DNA of 49,522 nucleotides, from positions 1 to 49,522 of IMG/VR virus record IMGVR_UViG_3300020045_010094. One strand, 5' to 3'. The notes under the pieces were generated by a model, which had not been told where the DNA came from, ran no database searches, and was given only the letters and a program-made list of their open reading frames with translations. Made by a program: the position numbers and the translations under genes. Below are positions 16,738 to 25,340 of this stretch, in pieces (position 1 is the first letter of the stretch; the number at the start of each line of letters is the position of its first letter). This DNA comes from a virus (lineage: Duplodnaviria > Caudoviricetes).

Positions 16738-17937
16738 ATGAATAACAAAGTTTACTTTATGAATAACGGCACGTTCGACCTGCGCGGCATGCTGACTTTT
16801 GGCCTGTCCGCAAAGGTTAAGGATGACGCAATCGGCTTCTTTGGCACCGGCTTTAAGTATGCGGTAGCTATCATCCTGCGCAACCTTGGCACAATTAAAA
16901 TAACCACCAAGGGCGAGGATGGAAATTATTACATGTATGAATTTTTCGCCAAGCGCGAAAACTTTCGTGGCAAGGATACTGATTTTATTTTCATCCTTGA
17001 CCACACAACTGGCGAATCGATTTCTGCAAACATTACCACCAGAGTAGGCATTAATTGGAAACACTGGATGGCGTTCCGTGAGCTTTACTGCAATTGCAAA
17101 GATGAGGAAGGCGTAATATCTACCGAATATCAGGAAGGCTTTGATACTGTTATTGAGGTTGATTGCGCACCTATTTATCAAGCATTTCAGGAGAAAGACA
17201 GTTACATTTTGCCGGAAATGGAGCCTATTTTTAAAACAGGAAGCGCTGAAATTTATGAGCGTAAGCTGCCTTATGTTTACTATCGCGGTATCGCTGTTTA
17301 TTCAGCGCAAGACGATGCCGCATACACTTACAATATTCTTGACTATATCGAGCTTACCGAAGATAGAACCGTAAAATACGAATTCTATGTTAGGTCAGCA
17401 ATTCAAAAAGTTTTGCAGCTATGCGATGTCGATCAAGTGATCGAGCAAGTTGTACAGGATAATTGCTTTGAAGCAAAACAGGGCTTTGATAAAGATTGGC
17501 CTGTTAGTGATAAATTTATCGAGGTTTGTGACCGCCTGCAAAATACCGATAAAGGCATACGTGAATCGGCTAGACTGCTAGTTAAAACGATCAAGATAAA
17601 GCGCCGTGAATTTCCAGAATTTACACCAAATGCAGTGCAACAAAAAATGATTGATAAGGCCAAATCGTTTTTGCTTAAAATGGACATGCCAATCGATCAA
17701 TATCCGATTAAGTACGTCACAGGCCTTGGTGATGGCGTTATGGGCCGCGCATTGGATGGCACAATCTACATTAGCGAAATGCCATTCAACATGGGCACCA
17801 AGCAACTCGCCAGCACGCTCATGGAAGAATGGGTGCACCTTAAAACCGGCGCACACGATTTTGATCGTACAATGCAATCCTGGTTGTTCGATAAGATTTT
17901 GAGCGTTGGCGAAACTATTAATGGTGAGCCAATATGA
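16738..17937 (+). CDS. GHKL/HATPase-like protein with C-terminal zincin-like segment
   Basis: GLSAK...IGFFGTGFKYA ATP-lid motif; RELYCNCKDE N-box-like motif; C-terminal STLMEEWVH. Confidence 0.6.
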   Translation: MNNKVYFMNNGTFDLRGMLTFGLSAKVKDDAIGFFGTGFKYAVAIILRNLGTIKITTKGEDGNYYMYEFFAKRENFRGKDTDFIFILDHTTGESISANITTRVGINWKHWMAFRELYCNCKDEEGVISTEYQEGFDTVIEVDCAPIYQAFQEKDSYILPEMEPIFKTGSAEIYERKLPYVYYRGIAVYSAQDDAAYTYNILDYIELTEDRTVKYEFYVRSAIQKVLQLCDVDQVIEQVVQDNCFEAKQGFDKDWPVSDKFIEVCDRLQNTDKGIRESARLLVKTIKIKRREFPEFTPNAVQQKMIDKAKSFLLKMDMPIDQYPIKYVTGLGDGVMGRALDGTIYISEMPFNMGTKQLASTLMEEWVHLKTGAHDFDRTMQSWLFDKILSVGETINGEPI

Positions 17938-18209
17938 GTAGCCAAGTTATTCACAAATTCCCTCTGCTTGTGCAGGCAGAGCAAACAATTAATATTTTCA
18001 CTGGCGCGTGGATTTTAGATTTTCAAGTGCAGAATGGAGTGCCTACAATTTGGGCAATGGTGGACACCTCTCACAAAAAATTTGACCGCGACATACTAAT
18101 GTTTGCAACCGGTGAAAATATTGACTGCATTGCAAATCTTGAATTTATCGGAACCGCGCAGCTGCAAAACGGCTTAGTTTTCCACTACTTTCAGAGAGTC
18201 GCTTTCTAA
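17934..18209 (+). CDS. conserved phage hypothetical protein
   Basis: IHKFPL...QVQNGVPTIWAMVD...FATG...FIGTAQ...LVFHYF family pattern. Confidence 0.7.
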   Translation: MSSQVIHKFPLLVQAEQTINIFTGAWILDFQVQNGVPTIWAMVDTSHKKFDRDILMFATGENIDCIANLEFIGTAQLQNGLVFHYFQRVAF

Positions 18210-18481
18210 TGCTCCGCTACCCCTGCCGCTGCAAAAAATGCAGATCACGCAAAACACTGGCAAAGCATCCAGATTTATATTTGCAGCGGCGGTTCGTGGT
18301 TTGCAGTTGTGGCGGTGATTATGCTGTTGATAGTTACCGCCGCAAGAAAGAACACAGGCGCGTCATATGCAACTGTAATGGGCTGCATTATCCGCACCGT
18401 AAAGGCGGCAGCGTTTGGTGTGTTAATCATTTAAATGGGCCGACAGAGGCTGATCAATTAAAGAGGTATGGATATGCTTAA
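18209..18481 (+). CDS. Cys-rich zinc-binding protein
   Basis: CRCKKC, CSCGG and CNCNGLHYPHRKG motifs. Confidence 0.7.
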   Translation: MLRYPCRCKKCRSRKTLAKHPDLYLQRRFVVCSCGGDYAVDSYRRKKEHRRVICNCNGLHYPHRKGGSVWCVNHLNGPTEADQLKRYGYA

Positions 18482-18686
18482 TATCGTGCGCGTAACAATT
18501 GAAGGGCTACCAGGAAGCGGCAAATCAACAATAGCAGATGCTATTTCAAATGGAGCTCCAAAAGGTTTTATGGTGGTAAATCAAGAGGATTTTACCATTC
18601 AAAAAAAGCTTATTGATTCTGTAGAAAATCGCGGCGATATTCACACACTGGTTATCGTTACCGAAACCACACCAAAGGCAAACTAA
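18468..18686 (+). CDS. small protein with Walker A motif
   Basis: IEGLPGSGKST in only 72 aa. Confidence 0.55.
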   Translation: MDMLNIVRVTIEGLPGSGKSTIADAISNGAPKGFMVVNQEDFTIQKKLIDSVENRGDIHTLVIVTETTPKAN

Positions 18687-18687
18687 A

Positions 18688-19707
18688 ATGAACCAAGAAT
18701 TCACCCAAGGCAAAAACAACGTGCGCATTTACAGCGCTACGCAACTATCAAACGACCGCTACCACAGCGAAGAATTCCCTCAGGCAAGTGGCTCAGTGTT
18801 AAATGCAATCTACCAAGACTGCGAAGCCGCATGGCGTTTCGGTGAGGAAAAAGAGAGCGCCGCAATGTCTACCGGTATCGCTGCACACGCTGCAATGTTG
18901 GAGCCTGAATTGTTTGATGCTACTTATTGTCGGGGCATTGATCCAGACGAATACCCTGATGCGCTTAAAACAAACGATCACATGAAGGCATGGTTAAAAT
19001 CAAAAGGCATTCCCGGTTATTCATCAAAGGATAAAGAAGGACTGCTAGATATGATCGACGCCGCAGTCTCTCCCGAAGTACCGGCACCGCAAATCATGGT
19101 GCGCATGATTGAGGCTGAGCAGGAATTGGCAATCTTGACCGGCATCACCGTTGTGCCGCCCAAGGCCTACGACACCGTAAAGCGCATGCGTGAATACCTG
19201 TTTAATAACGGATACGACCGCTACATCAATGGTGGGCAGTCAGAGGTTTCTTTGGTTGATGTTGACGGAAACATGAAGGTTCGTATAGATAAAATAATTT
19301 TCCATGATGATGGCACTTACGAAATCTGGGACTACAAAACCACTACCAGCGCGCACCCCGAAAAATTTGGCGCCCAAGCGGCGCGCATGGGCTATTACCT
19401 CAAGATGGCAATGCAGGCAGACGCCTACGAAAAAGCCTATGGTGCGCCACCTGCTCGCGTTGTATTGCTTGCACAGTCAACCAAGCCCCCGTATATCGCG
19501 CAGGCTTATGAAATGAGCCATGAGCAGCTACAGGCTGGCCGCGATATGTACCAAGGCGCGCTAAAGCAGTATGAGCTGTCAATGCGCACCAATTCATGGC
19601 CTGCATATGGTGGCGGTGTGTTGCCGCTCTGGACGCCTCCTTATGTTGCGCGTGATCTTGGTTTTGAAATGGATAGTGGTGTTGAGTTTATTGATGATGA
19701 CGAATAA
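18688..19707 (+). CDS. RecE/exodeoxyribonuclease VIII-like PD-(D/E)XK exonuclease
   Basis: SNDRYH, GIAAHAAMLEP, KVRIDKI, WDYKTT and YYLKMAMQ motifs. Confidence 0.85.
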   Translation: MNQEFTQGKNNVRIYSATQLSNDRYHSEEFPQASGSVLNAIYQDCEAAWRFGEEKESAAMSTGIAAHAAMLEPELFDATYCRGIDPDEYPDALKTNDHMKAWLKSKGIPGYSSKDKEGLLDMIDAAVSPEVPAPQIMVRMIEAEQELAILTGITVVPPKAYDTVKRMREYLFNNGYDRYINGGQSEVSLVDVDGNMKVRIDKIIFHDDGTYEIWDYKTTTSAHPEKFGAQAARMGYYLKMAMQADAYEKAYGAPPARVVLLAQSTKPPYIAQAYEMSHEQLQAGRDMYQGALKQYELSMRTNSWPAYGGGVLPLWTPPYVARDLGFEMDSGVEFIDDDE

Positions 19708-19710
19708 GTA

Positions 19711-19739
19711 TTGCAATAGTCTTGCATAAAGAATATATT
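19711..19739 (+). promoter_or_regulatory. sigma70-type promoter
   Basis: TTGCAA-17 nt-TATATT. Confidence 0.7.
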
Positions 19740-19775
19740 TGCTCCTGAAATTAACTAAATTAATCGGGAGCAAAT

Positions 19776-20045
19776 ATGGGTGAATATGCAGAAATGATGC
19801 TTGACGGTACTTGTTGCTGTTCTTGCGGCGAATTCCTTGGTGATGGCGATGGTTTTGCAGCTTATTGCTCAAGCTGTGAGCCAGAAGAAATAAAGCCGAT
19901 AAAATTAGCAAAAGTTAAATCAGTAAAGCTTAAAAAAACAATTCCATGCGCTCACAAGGGTTGCGCAAGAAAGTTTATAAATGACGAGGCGCTAAAGCAG
20001 CACCTTTGCCATTTTCACAAACAGAAAGGCGTGTTCGCCAAATAA
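19776..20045 (+). CDS. zinc-finger protein (C4 plus C2H2-like)
   Basis: MGEYAEMMLDGTCCCSCG...CSSC and CAHKGCARKFINDEALKQHLCHFH. Confidence 0.75.
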   Translation: MGEYAEMMLDGTCCCSCGEFLGDGDGFAAYCSSCEPEEIKPIKLAKVKSVKLKKTIPCAHKGCARKFINDEALKQHLCHFHKQKGVFAK

Positions 20046-20059
20046 TTCAGGTAAAAAAA

Positions 20060-20539
20060 ATGGTAACCAATGTGACAAGCAATACTCCGAAGTCGGAGCG
20101 AGACACATGGAGGACGCCGCAGTTTGTTTTTGACTATGCCGCGAAGTTAATCGGCGGATTTGATTTTGATACCGCCTGTGACTGGGGGAACAATCTGGCC
20201 GATCCAGTATGGAATGGATTTGTTTCAGAGGATGCTCTGACCGTGAAGTGGTCAGGCAGGTGCTGGTGCAACCCGCCCTACTCAAATATTACGCCGTGGA
20301 TTGAGAAAGCGATCGCAAGTGATGCTATTACCGTGATGCTGATCCCATCGCCGAACGGTGAAAGCTATTACGCGAACCTTATCGAGAATTCGCACGAAAT
20401 AACTATTCAAGGCCGAATTAGTTTTATAGGTTCTGACGGCAAACCAAAGAACGGAAACACTCGAGGATCATCGCTATTTATTATCAATGGGTACTCCAAG
20501 GGGTCTCGATCTGTCGTCAATCGTGACGATATTAAATAG
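20060..20539 (+). CDS. dam: phage N6-adenine methyltransferase (Dam family)
   Basis: RDTWRTP, FDFDTAC, DAL, WCNPPYS and GRISF motifs of the phage Dam family. Confidence 0.85.
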   Translation: MVTNVTSNTPKSERDTWRTPQFVFDYAAKLIGGFDFDTACDWGNNLADPVWNGFVSEDALTVKWSGRCWCNPPYSNITPWIEKAIASDAITVMLIPSPNGESYYANLIENSHEITIQGRISFIGSDGKPKNGNTRGSSLFIINGYSKGSRSVVNRDDIK

Positions 20540-20587
20540 CCCCCATCGTTCAGACTTACAGCAACCCAATCACTCAGGTAAGCAAAA

Positions 20588-21310
20588 ATGACAAACCGCG
20601 AAGCACTACTTAAAGCCATGGCGCCAAAGAGCGACCAGCTAAACGCTGATGATTTAGTTTCATCACCAAAAAATATCACCATTACCGGCGTAAAAGTTTC
20701 TCTATCCGGCGAGCAGCGTATCCATGTTCATTATCAAAACGATGAGGGTAAACCGTGGAAGCCATCAAAGGGCATGGCGCGTATCGTTGCGCAATTGTTT
20801 GGCGATGATCCAGACCGATGGACAGGCCAATCATTGACCCTGTACCGAAACCCCGATGTGAAGTATGCGGGAGAGGCTGTTGGCGGAATCTGGATAAGCC
20901 ACGCTACTGGGCTTGATAAGCCGCAGAAAATGATGATCACTGTCGCCAAGTCAAAGCGTGTGCCGCATACGGTTTACCCGTTCGTACAGCAGCAGCCAGC
21001 GGCCACGCAAGTCGATCACGATGCAATGCTGCGCACTATCGCCCAATCTCTCAAAAACGCCGCACAGAAGGGCAGCGCGGCACTTGCAGCATACTGGAAT
21101 ACGGTTACCGCCGATTACCGCAACGACAAGATGATCGCGTTTTACAATGCGCAGTCATCGGTTGCTGCTGAAGTCGATAACAAAGCCGCAATCGCCGCTC
21201 ACGTTGCCGCTGGTGTCGTTCCGGTTAGCCAGCAAGCGCCAGCCTATACGGATGATGATATTCCTGCTCCGCGCGATGAGCGTGGCAATTCTGGCATTGA
21301 GGATTTTTAG
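20588..21310 (+). CDS. putative ssDNA-binding/annealing protein
   Basis: PKSDQLNADDL...KPWKPSK...WTGQSLTLY..PDVKYAGEAVGGI family usually found near recombination exonucleases; acidic tail DDDIP...GIEDF. Confidence 0.6.
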   Translation: MTNREALLKAMAPKSDQLNADDLVSSPKNITITGVKVSLSGEQRIHVHYQNDEGKPWKPSKGMARIVAQLFGDDPDRWTGQSLTLYRNPDVKYAGEAVGGIWISHATGLDKPQKMMITVAKSKRVPHTVYPFVQQQPAATQVDHDAMLRTIAQSLKNAAQKGSAALAAYWNTVTADYRNDKMIAFYNAQSSVAAEVDNKAAIAAHVAAGVVPVSQQAPAYTDDDIPAPRDERGNSGIEDF

Positions 21311-21312
21311 CA

Positions 21313-21867
21313 ATGCCAATCAAGCCCCTATCCGAACGCCGCGCCGAAAAGCAGGCGAAGAAAACTGCCCGGCAACAATCTGCAAATAGTCGCGCAGAAG
21401 TAGCAGACAAGGCGCGACACGCGCAGAAGATAGCTTTTGTGCGCTCTGGCATGGTCGGCTACACGCTGGAATGGATCGACAGCGATCCGCTTGGTGAGGA
21501 TGGCGCAGGCGAGGTTACCGCCAGCACTAACAACGCCATGCAGTTTGGTTGCGCGCAAAAGTTTTGGGATGATCTAAAGTTTCGCCGGTGGATTGTCGAG
21601 GGTGTTTTTACATGGGAGGCCACAGTAACTTTAAACTTCAAACTACTGCGCCCGCGTCCAGATAAAACCCATCGTGAGGATATTATTGTTGTGCGCCACA
21701 CCGGCAGATTGCGCGACAAAGTTAACGGAGAGGATACCGAAATCAACAACGAAATAGAGCGGCAAATAATGGCCGAATTCATGGCCAATGCAGCAAGGCC
21801 TGATAGCGATAAAAACAAGGGTGAGTTTACTTATGCAGAATATAAAATTGTTTGTGTGGGGCATTAA
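21313..21867 (+). CDS. hypothetical protein
   Basis: 184 aa with GAGG RBS. Confidence 0.7.
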   Translation: MPIKPLSERRAEKQAKKTARQQSANSRAEVADKARHAQKIAFVRSGMVGYTLEWIDSDPLGEDGAGEVTASTNNAMQFGCAQKFWDDLKFRRWIVEGVFTWEATVTLNFKLLRPRPDKTHREDIIVVRHTGRLRDKVNGEDTEINNEIERQIMAEFMANAARPDSDKNKGEFTYAEYKIVCVGH

Positions 21868-22088
21868 TGGCTACCGGTGATCACGCAAAAATTTCAGGTC
21901 AATATGTGGCAGCTTATAAGCATTTAATTAAATCGCTAATAAAAACCTACGGCTCAATAAATAAAGCTGTGCAGGCTATCGGAATTAGCGAGCATTCATA
22001 CTATCGCCTTGTTAGAGATGGCGAGATAGTTTCGTGCACAGCCCGAAAGATCATTGCTTGTTATGAGCGCACCAAGGCTGCCAAATGA
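21867..22088 (+). CDS. putative HTH protein
   Basis: GSINKAVQAIGISEHSYYRL HTH-like segment; TAATG overlap. Confidence 0.6.
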   Translation: MATGDHAKISGQYVAAYKHLIKSLIKTYGSINKAVQAIGISEHSYYRLVRDGEIVSCTARKIIACYERTKAAK

Positions 22089-22504
22089 AAATCCCACCAT
22101 CAATAAAAGTCTACGGTGACATAAATTACCGGGACGAAAACTGCCGCAAGGAGCGCGTTGAGCAGAAGGAATTCTTTGCGCGACTTAAAGAGCATCGCCC
22201 GCATATTCACGAAATCGCACTGCACCCAAAGAATGAGGGCAAGCGCACGCTATGGCAGCAGCGTGAAGATAAGGAGATGGGATCGCTTACTACCGGCGCA
22301 CCCGATATCCTTGTACCGGCTGGCGTGTCGTTCCTTTGCGAGCTAAAGCGGATAGATATCCAGGAATCGACAGTACGAAAAAAGCAGATTAAGTACCTGC
22401 TGGATGCGCAAGAATACGGCGCCTTTGTGTGCCTTGCCCTTGGTGCTGACAATGCTTGGCTTGCATTTTTAGACTGGGAGCGGCTGCACCTGAAAAATAG
22501 CTAA
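22085..22504 (+). CDS. VRR-NUC domain nuclease
   Basis: HPKNEGKR, GAPDI, FLCELKR and Q..YL...GAF motifs. Confidence 0.82.
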   Translation: MKIPPSIKVYGDINYRDENCRKERVEQKEFFARLKEHRPHIHEIALHPKNEGKRTLWQQREDKEMGSLTTGAPDILVPAGVSFLCELKRIDIQESTVRKKQIKYLLDAQEYGAFVCLALGADNAWLAFLDWERLHLKNS

Positions 22505-22522
22505 TTATTTTTGCCTTATCTA

Positions 22523-22551
22523 TTGCAATAGCAATACAATAGGTCTAGTAT
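22523..22551 (+). promoter_or_regulatory. sigma70-type promoter
   Basis: TTGCAA-17 nt-TAGTAT. Confidence 0.65.
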
Positions 22552-22595
22552 TCAATTCATGGAAGCGCGGGGCTTCTGGAAATTAGGGGATTGAG

Positions 22596-22790
22596 ATGGC
22601 TAAGTCAGAACAGGTAATCCATTTCGTTAACAACACTGGCCAAGATATTTCTTCGGTAATGCCGCACTTCAAGGACGCGTTAAAAACTGGCGTCTTGCAT
22701 GAAGATATTGCAGACCTTTTTGAAATAGTAATCCTGAAAGGTTTTAACGCGGATGATTCTGACCGCATGATTATCTACTTTGCCGCCTAA
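22596..22790 (+). CDS. hypothetical protein
   Basis: 64 aa, downstream of the promoter, AGGGG RBS. Confidence 0.6.
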   Translation: MAKSEQVIHFVNNTGQDISSVMPHFKDALKTGVLHEDIADLFEIVILKGFNADDSDRMIIYFAA

Positions 22791-22819
22791 TCGCGGCTTA
22801 ACTAAAAGAGAAAACCAAA

Positions 22820-23185
22820 ATGCTCGAACAAATCCTAAAATCAATAGCGCCAGAATCCGGGATAATCCCGCACGTGAATAACATGGCACCAGAGCAGCGC
22901 TACCAGTTGTTCGCACTGGCAGCAGCATCCGGCGATGCCGAGTGCATCGCCTACCTGATGGAAAAGCTTATCGGCGATCACGCTTTGGCTGATTTTATCG
23001 CATCACGCGCCTACAATCATGTTGCGCAGAATATTGCAGCAATGGCTTTCGAGTCCGCAATATTCGCAGCACTTGAGGCACCAATTCAGGATGCGATTGA
23101 CCGCTACAATCAAGAAACGCGCGACATTAAATCACTGACCGGCGATCCGCTTATCGATGCCGGTCACTCACCAAACGATTTTTAA
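22820..23185 (+). CDS. hypothetical protein
   Basis: 121-aa helical ORF. Confidence 0.65.
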   Translation: MLEQILKSIAPESGIIPHVNNMAPEQRYQLFALAAASGDAECIAYLMEKLIGDHALADFIASRAYNHVAQNIAAMAFESAIFAALEAPIQDAIDRYNQETRDIKSLTGDPLIDAGHSPNDF

Positions 23186-23199
23186 TTAAGGAATTAATC

Positions 23200-23538
23200 A
23201 TGTTAACGAACATGCAAAAAATCGGTATGGCAATCGCGCTCTTATTTTCCTGCATTGTGCTTGCGCTGGTTGCGTTTTCTGCTGGCTGGGATCATATGCC
23301 GGACAACCAGAAAGAGCTTCTTGTTAATGTCGGGATATTTTTTACTGTGTTTGTTTTTCCTCCATGCTGTGCATTATATGCTCTTTATTTGCTTCATCTT
23401 GGCATAAAATCATCTGAAGAAATGACGGAATATAACAAGCGAATGGCAGAGCAGTTTAATGTTGGCGCCTGCATATCGCCGCACAATTTTCTTGATGCTG
23501 ATGATTATCGTAGGCTGGCTAGTGGTAGCCGGAAATGA
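23200..23538 (+). CDS. hypothetical membrane protein
   Basis: Two hydrophobic segments; AAGGA RBS. Confidence 0.65.
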   Translation: MLTNMQKIGMAIALLFSCIVLALVAFSAGWDHMPDNQKELLVNVGIFFTVFVFPPCCALYALYLLHLGIKSSEEMTEYNKRMAEQFNVGACISPHNFLDADDYRRLASGSRK

Positions 23539-23678
23539 AAAAGCGAGTCTGGCGCGTCATTATGAAGTGCGGTAAGGGTATCACTATGGTGGTTGGTGAT
23601 GAGACTCCCATAGGTTTTGATGAGGCGCTATTTTTCGCTAAGCAACGATTTTTTGACGATGTACTAACCGTAGAATAA
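23535..23678 (+). CDS. small hypothetical protein (47 aa)
   Basis: Manually translated MKKRVWRVIMKCG...; ATGA overlap. Confidence 0.55.
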   Translation: MKKRVWRVIMKCGKGITMVVGDETPIGFDEALFFAKQRFFDDVLTVE

Positions 23679-23688
23679 GGGGAAATTT

Positions 23689-24342
23689 ATGCGCATTACC
23701 CACGAAAAAATGCTTGAGCTGACGGTAAATATGCCGATGAAGCAGATCAGCATATTTGAGCAGCTTACGGTTCATCATGACGATGGATCCACCACTTTTA
23801 TTGATGGCTTCTCAAAGCCCTACCTCCACCGCTACTTCGCAGGAACATTCAAAGATGGCAAGGATTTGTGGCTGCACAACTTCAAATGCAGCGATAGCGA
23901 AGACCATTTACACAATCACGGCTTTGAGTTTGAAACCATTATGCTGTGCGGTAATTACACCGAAGACTACCGGCGCGGGCTTGATGGCGAAATAATTACC
24001 CGGTACACATCGCCGTGCGAGTGGCGGAATTTGGACGGTGCTATCGAGCGATTACTGCAAAAGCTTAATTCACCAATCAAAGAGGCTGCACCATTATCAT
24101 CGATCATGCTTGGACTGGCTGCCGAATATCGCAGCGTTGACCTGTTCGACTGGCACCGAATTACCCATGCTGAGGTCGATACATGGACAGCGGTGATTGT
24201 CGGCCCCGAGCGCGTGCCTATGTGGTTTTTTAATGATTCCGGTATGGTCAAGCCGATGAATTCATCGCCGCGCGAATGGCACAAGCAATATAACTGCCGC
24301 CCGGCTAATGGTGTGGTGATTGGCGACAACAAGAGGGCGTGA
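23689..24342 (+). CDS. cupin-fold (metal-dependent) phage protein
   Basis: YLHRYF, LWLHNF, LHNHGF...LCGNYTE, WHRI and TWTAVIVGP motifs. Confidence 0.65.
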   Translation: MRITHEKMLELTVNMPMKQISIFEQLTVHHDDGSTTFIDGFSKPYLHRYFAGTFKDGKDLWLHNFKCSDSEDHLHNHGFEFETIMLCGNYTEDYRRGLDGEIITRYTSPCEWRNLDGAIERLLQKLNSPIKEAAPLSSIMLGLAAEYRSVDLFDWHRITHAEVDTWTAVIVGPERVPMWFFNDSGMVKPMNSSPREWHKQYNCRPANGVVIGDNKRA

Positions 24343-24344
24343 CC

Positions 24345-24608
24345 ATGTAAAATCTATACCACCAAGAAGTAAAGCGCCTGCGTGAAGAAAACGAAAGCCT
24401 AAGAAAAAAGCTTATGGGCTGCGCCAACTTCGCTGAATCAGCATCAAGAATTTATGAAAATAGAATAGATAACCTGAAGCACGAAAAGGCATCATTAATG
24501 CGCCAGCTTGTTTCACAGCGACTGCGAAATAAAATTAACAATTCTGCTAAGGGTTTTTATCGGGATCGGTTGCGGGAAGTTGAGGCCAAAAATGAAAATA
24601 GAACTTAA
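24345..24608 (+). pseudogene. coiled-coil protein gene with TAA at codon 2 (or restart at 24414)
   Basis: RBS GAGGG, ATG 24345, TAA 24348, then an open frame continuous with ORF 24414..24608. Confidence 0.5.
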
Positions 24609-24870
24609 AAATGAATGCAATAGAGAAATGTGGTTTTATGACAGAAAGACCCGTCAAATATGGCCGGTTTGGGCTGATCGCGAAAGCAGAAGTGGCGACA
24701 CAATTCAAACTCCTGATGGGTCAATAATTAGAACCAATGCAAAGCATCACGCAGTTTTTAATAATCACGATTATGCGAGAATTGCACAAAAAGCAGACAG
24801 ATGCGAATTTGACGATGAGTTTGCAGGTCTTGAGAAAAAGCTAGGCCTTAAATACAAAAAACCAGCCTAG
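24592..24870 (+). CDS. hypothetical protein (last gene of the early arm)
   Basis: MKIELKNE... start with GAGG RBS. Confidence 0.65.
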   Translation: MKIELKNECNREMWFYDRKTRQIWPVWADRESRSGDTIQTPDGSIIRTNAKHHAVFNNHDYARIAQKADRCEFDDEFAGLEKKLGLKYKKPA

Positions 24871-25340
24871 CGCTGGTTTTTCACTTCCCCATACATCCGC
24901 ACACAAACAATTCCAGCATCTATTGCCCTGTCAGCCGCTTCCGCCAATTGTCCCGCTCTTGCGTCAGCTTCTCCAAACAACTGGGCAAGCAGTGCGCAGG
25001 ACGTCCGGATACTGCCTCTGCTGGCAGTGACGGCACACTGATCGGCTTTGGCTGCGTAAATATCGGCTTGCTCGCGCAGGCTGACAGCAGCAGAATTAGC
25101 GGCAACAATAATATCACTGTATTTTTTTTCATTTTCTCTTGCCTGGTTGGTTAGCGTTTCGATTTTGGTATTAAGCTCTGCCTCTTTTTCTCGCGCTGAC
25201 TGCTCTGCTGCAGCTTGTGCATTAGACAGTTTTAGCTCCCACTTTCCGCGCTCGTCCTTGGTGCCCTTTCCGTAGACTCCAAGCGTGTAAACGATAAAAA
25301 TAGCAATCGCTGCCAAGGCAATAATAATATTTTGTTTCAT
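24867..25340 (-). CDS. Rz: inner-membrane spanin (Rz-like)
   Basis: N-terminal TM helix, long coiled coil, C-terminal AGIVCVRMY; carries an embedded lipoprotein gene. Confidence 0.8.
   Translation of the reverse strand: MKQNIIIALAAIAIFIVYTLGVYGKGTKDERGKWELKLSNAQAAAEQSAREKEAELNTKIETLTNQARENEKKYSDIIVAANSAAVSLREQADIYAAKADQCAVTASRGSIRTSCALLAQLFGEADARAGQLAEAADRAIDAGIVCVRMYGEVKNQR
24920..25132 (-). CDS. Rz1: outer-membrane spanin lipoprotein (Rz1-like), embedded in Rz
   Basis: MKKNTVILLLPLILLLSAC lipobox and Pro-rich mature part, in an alternate frame inside Rz. Confidence 0.8.
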   Translation of the reverse strand: MKKNTVILLLPLILLLSACASKPIFTQPKPISVPSLPAEAVSGRPAHCLPSCLEKLTQERDNWRKRLTGQ

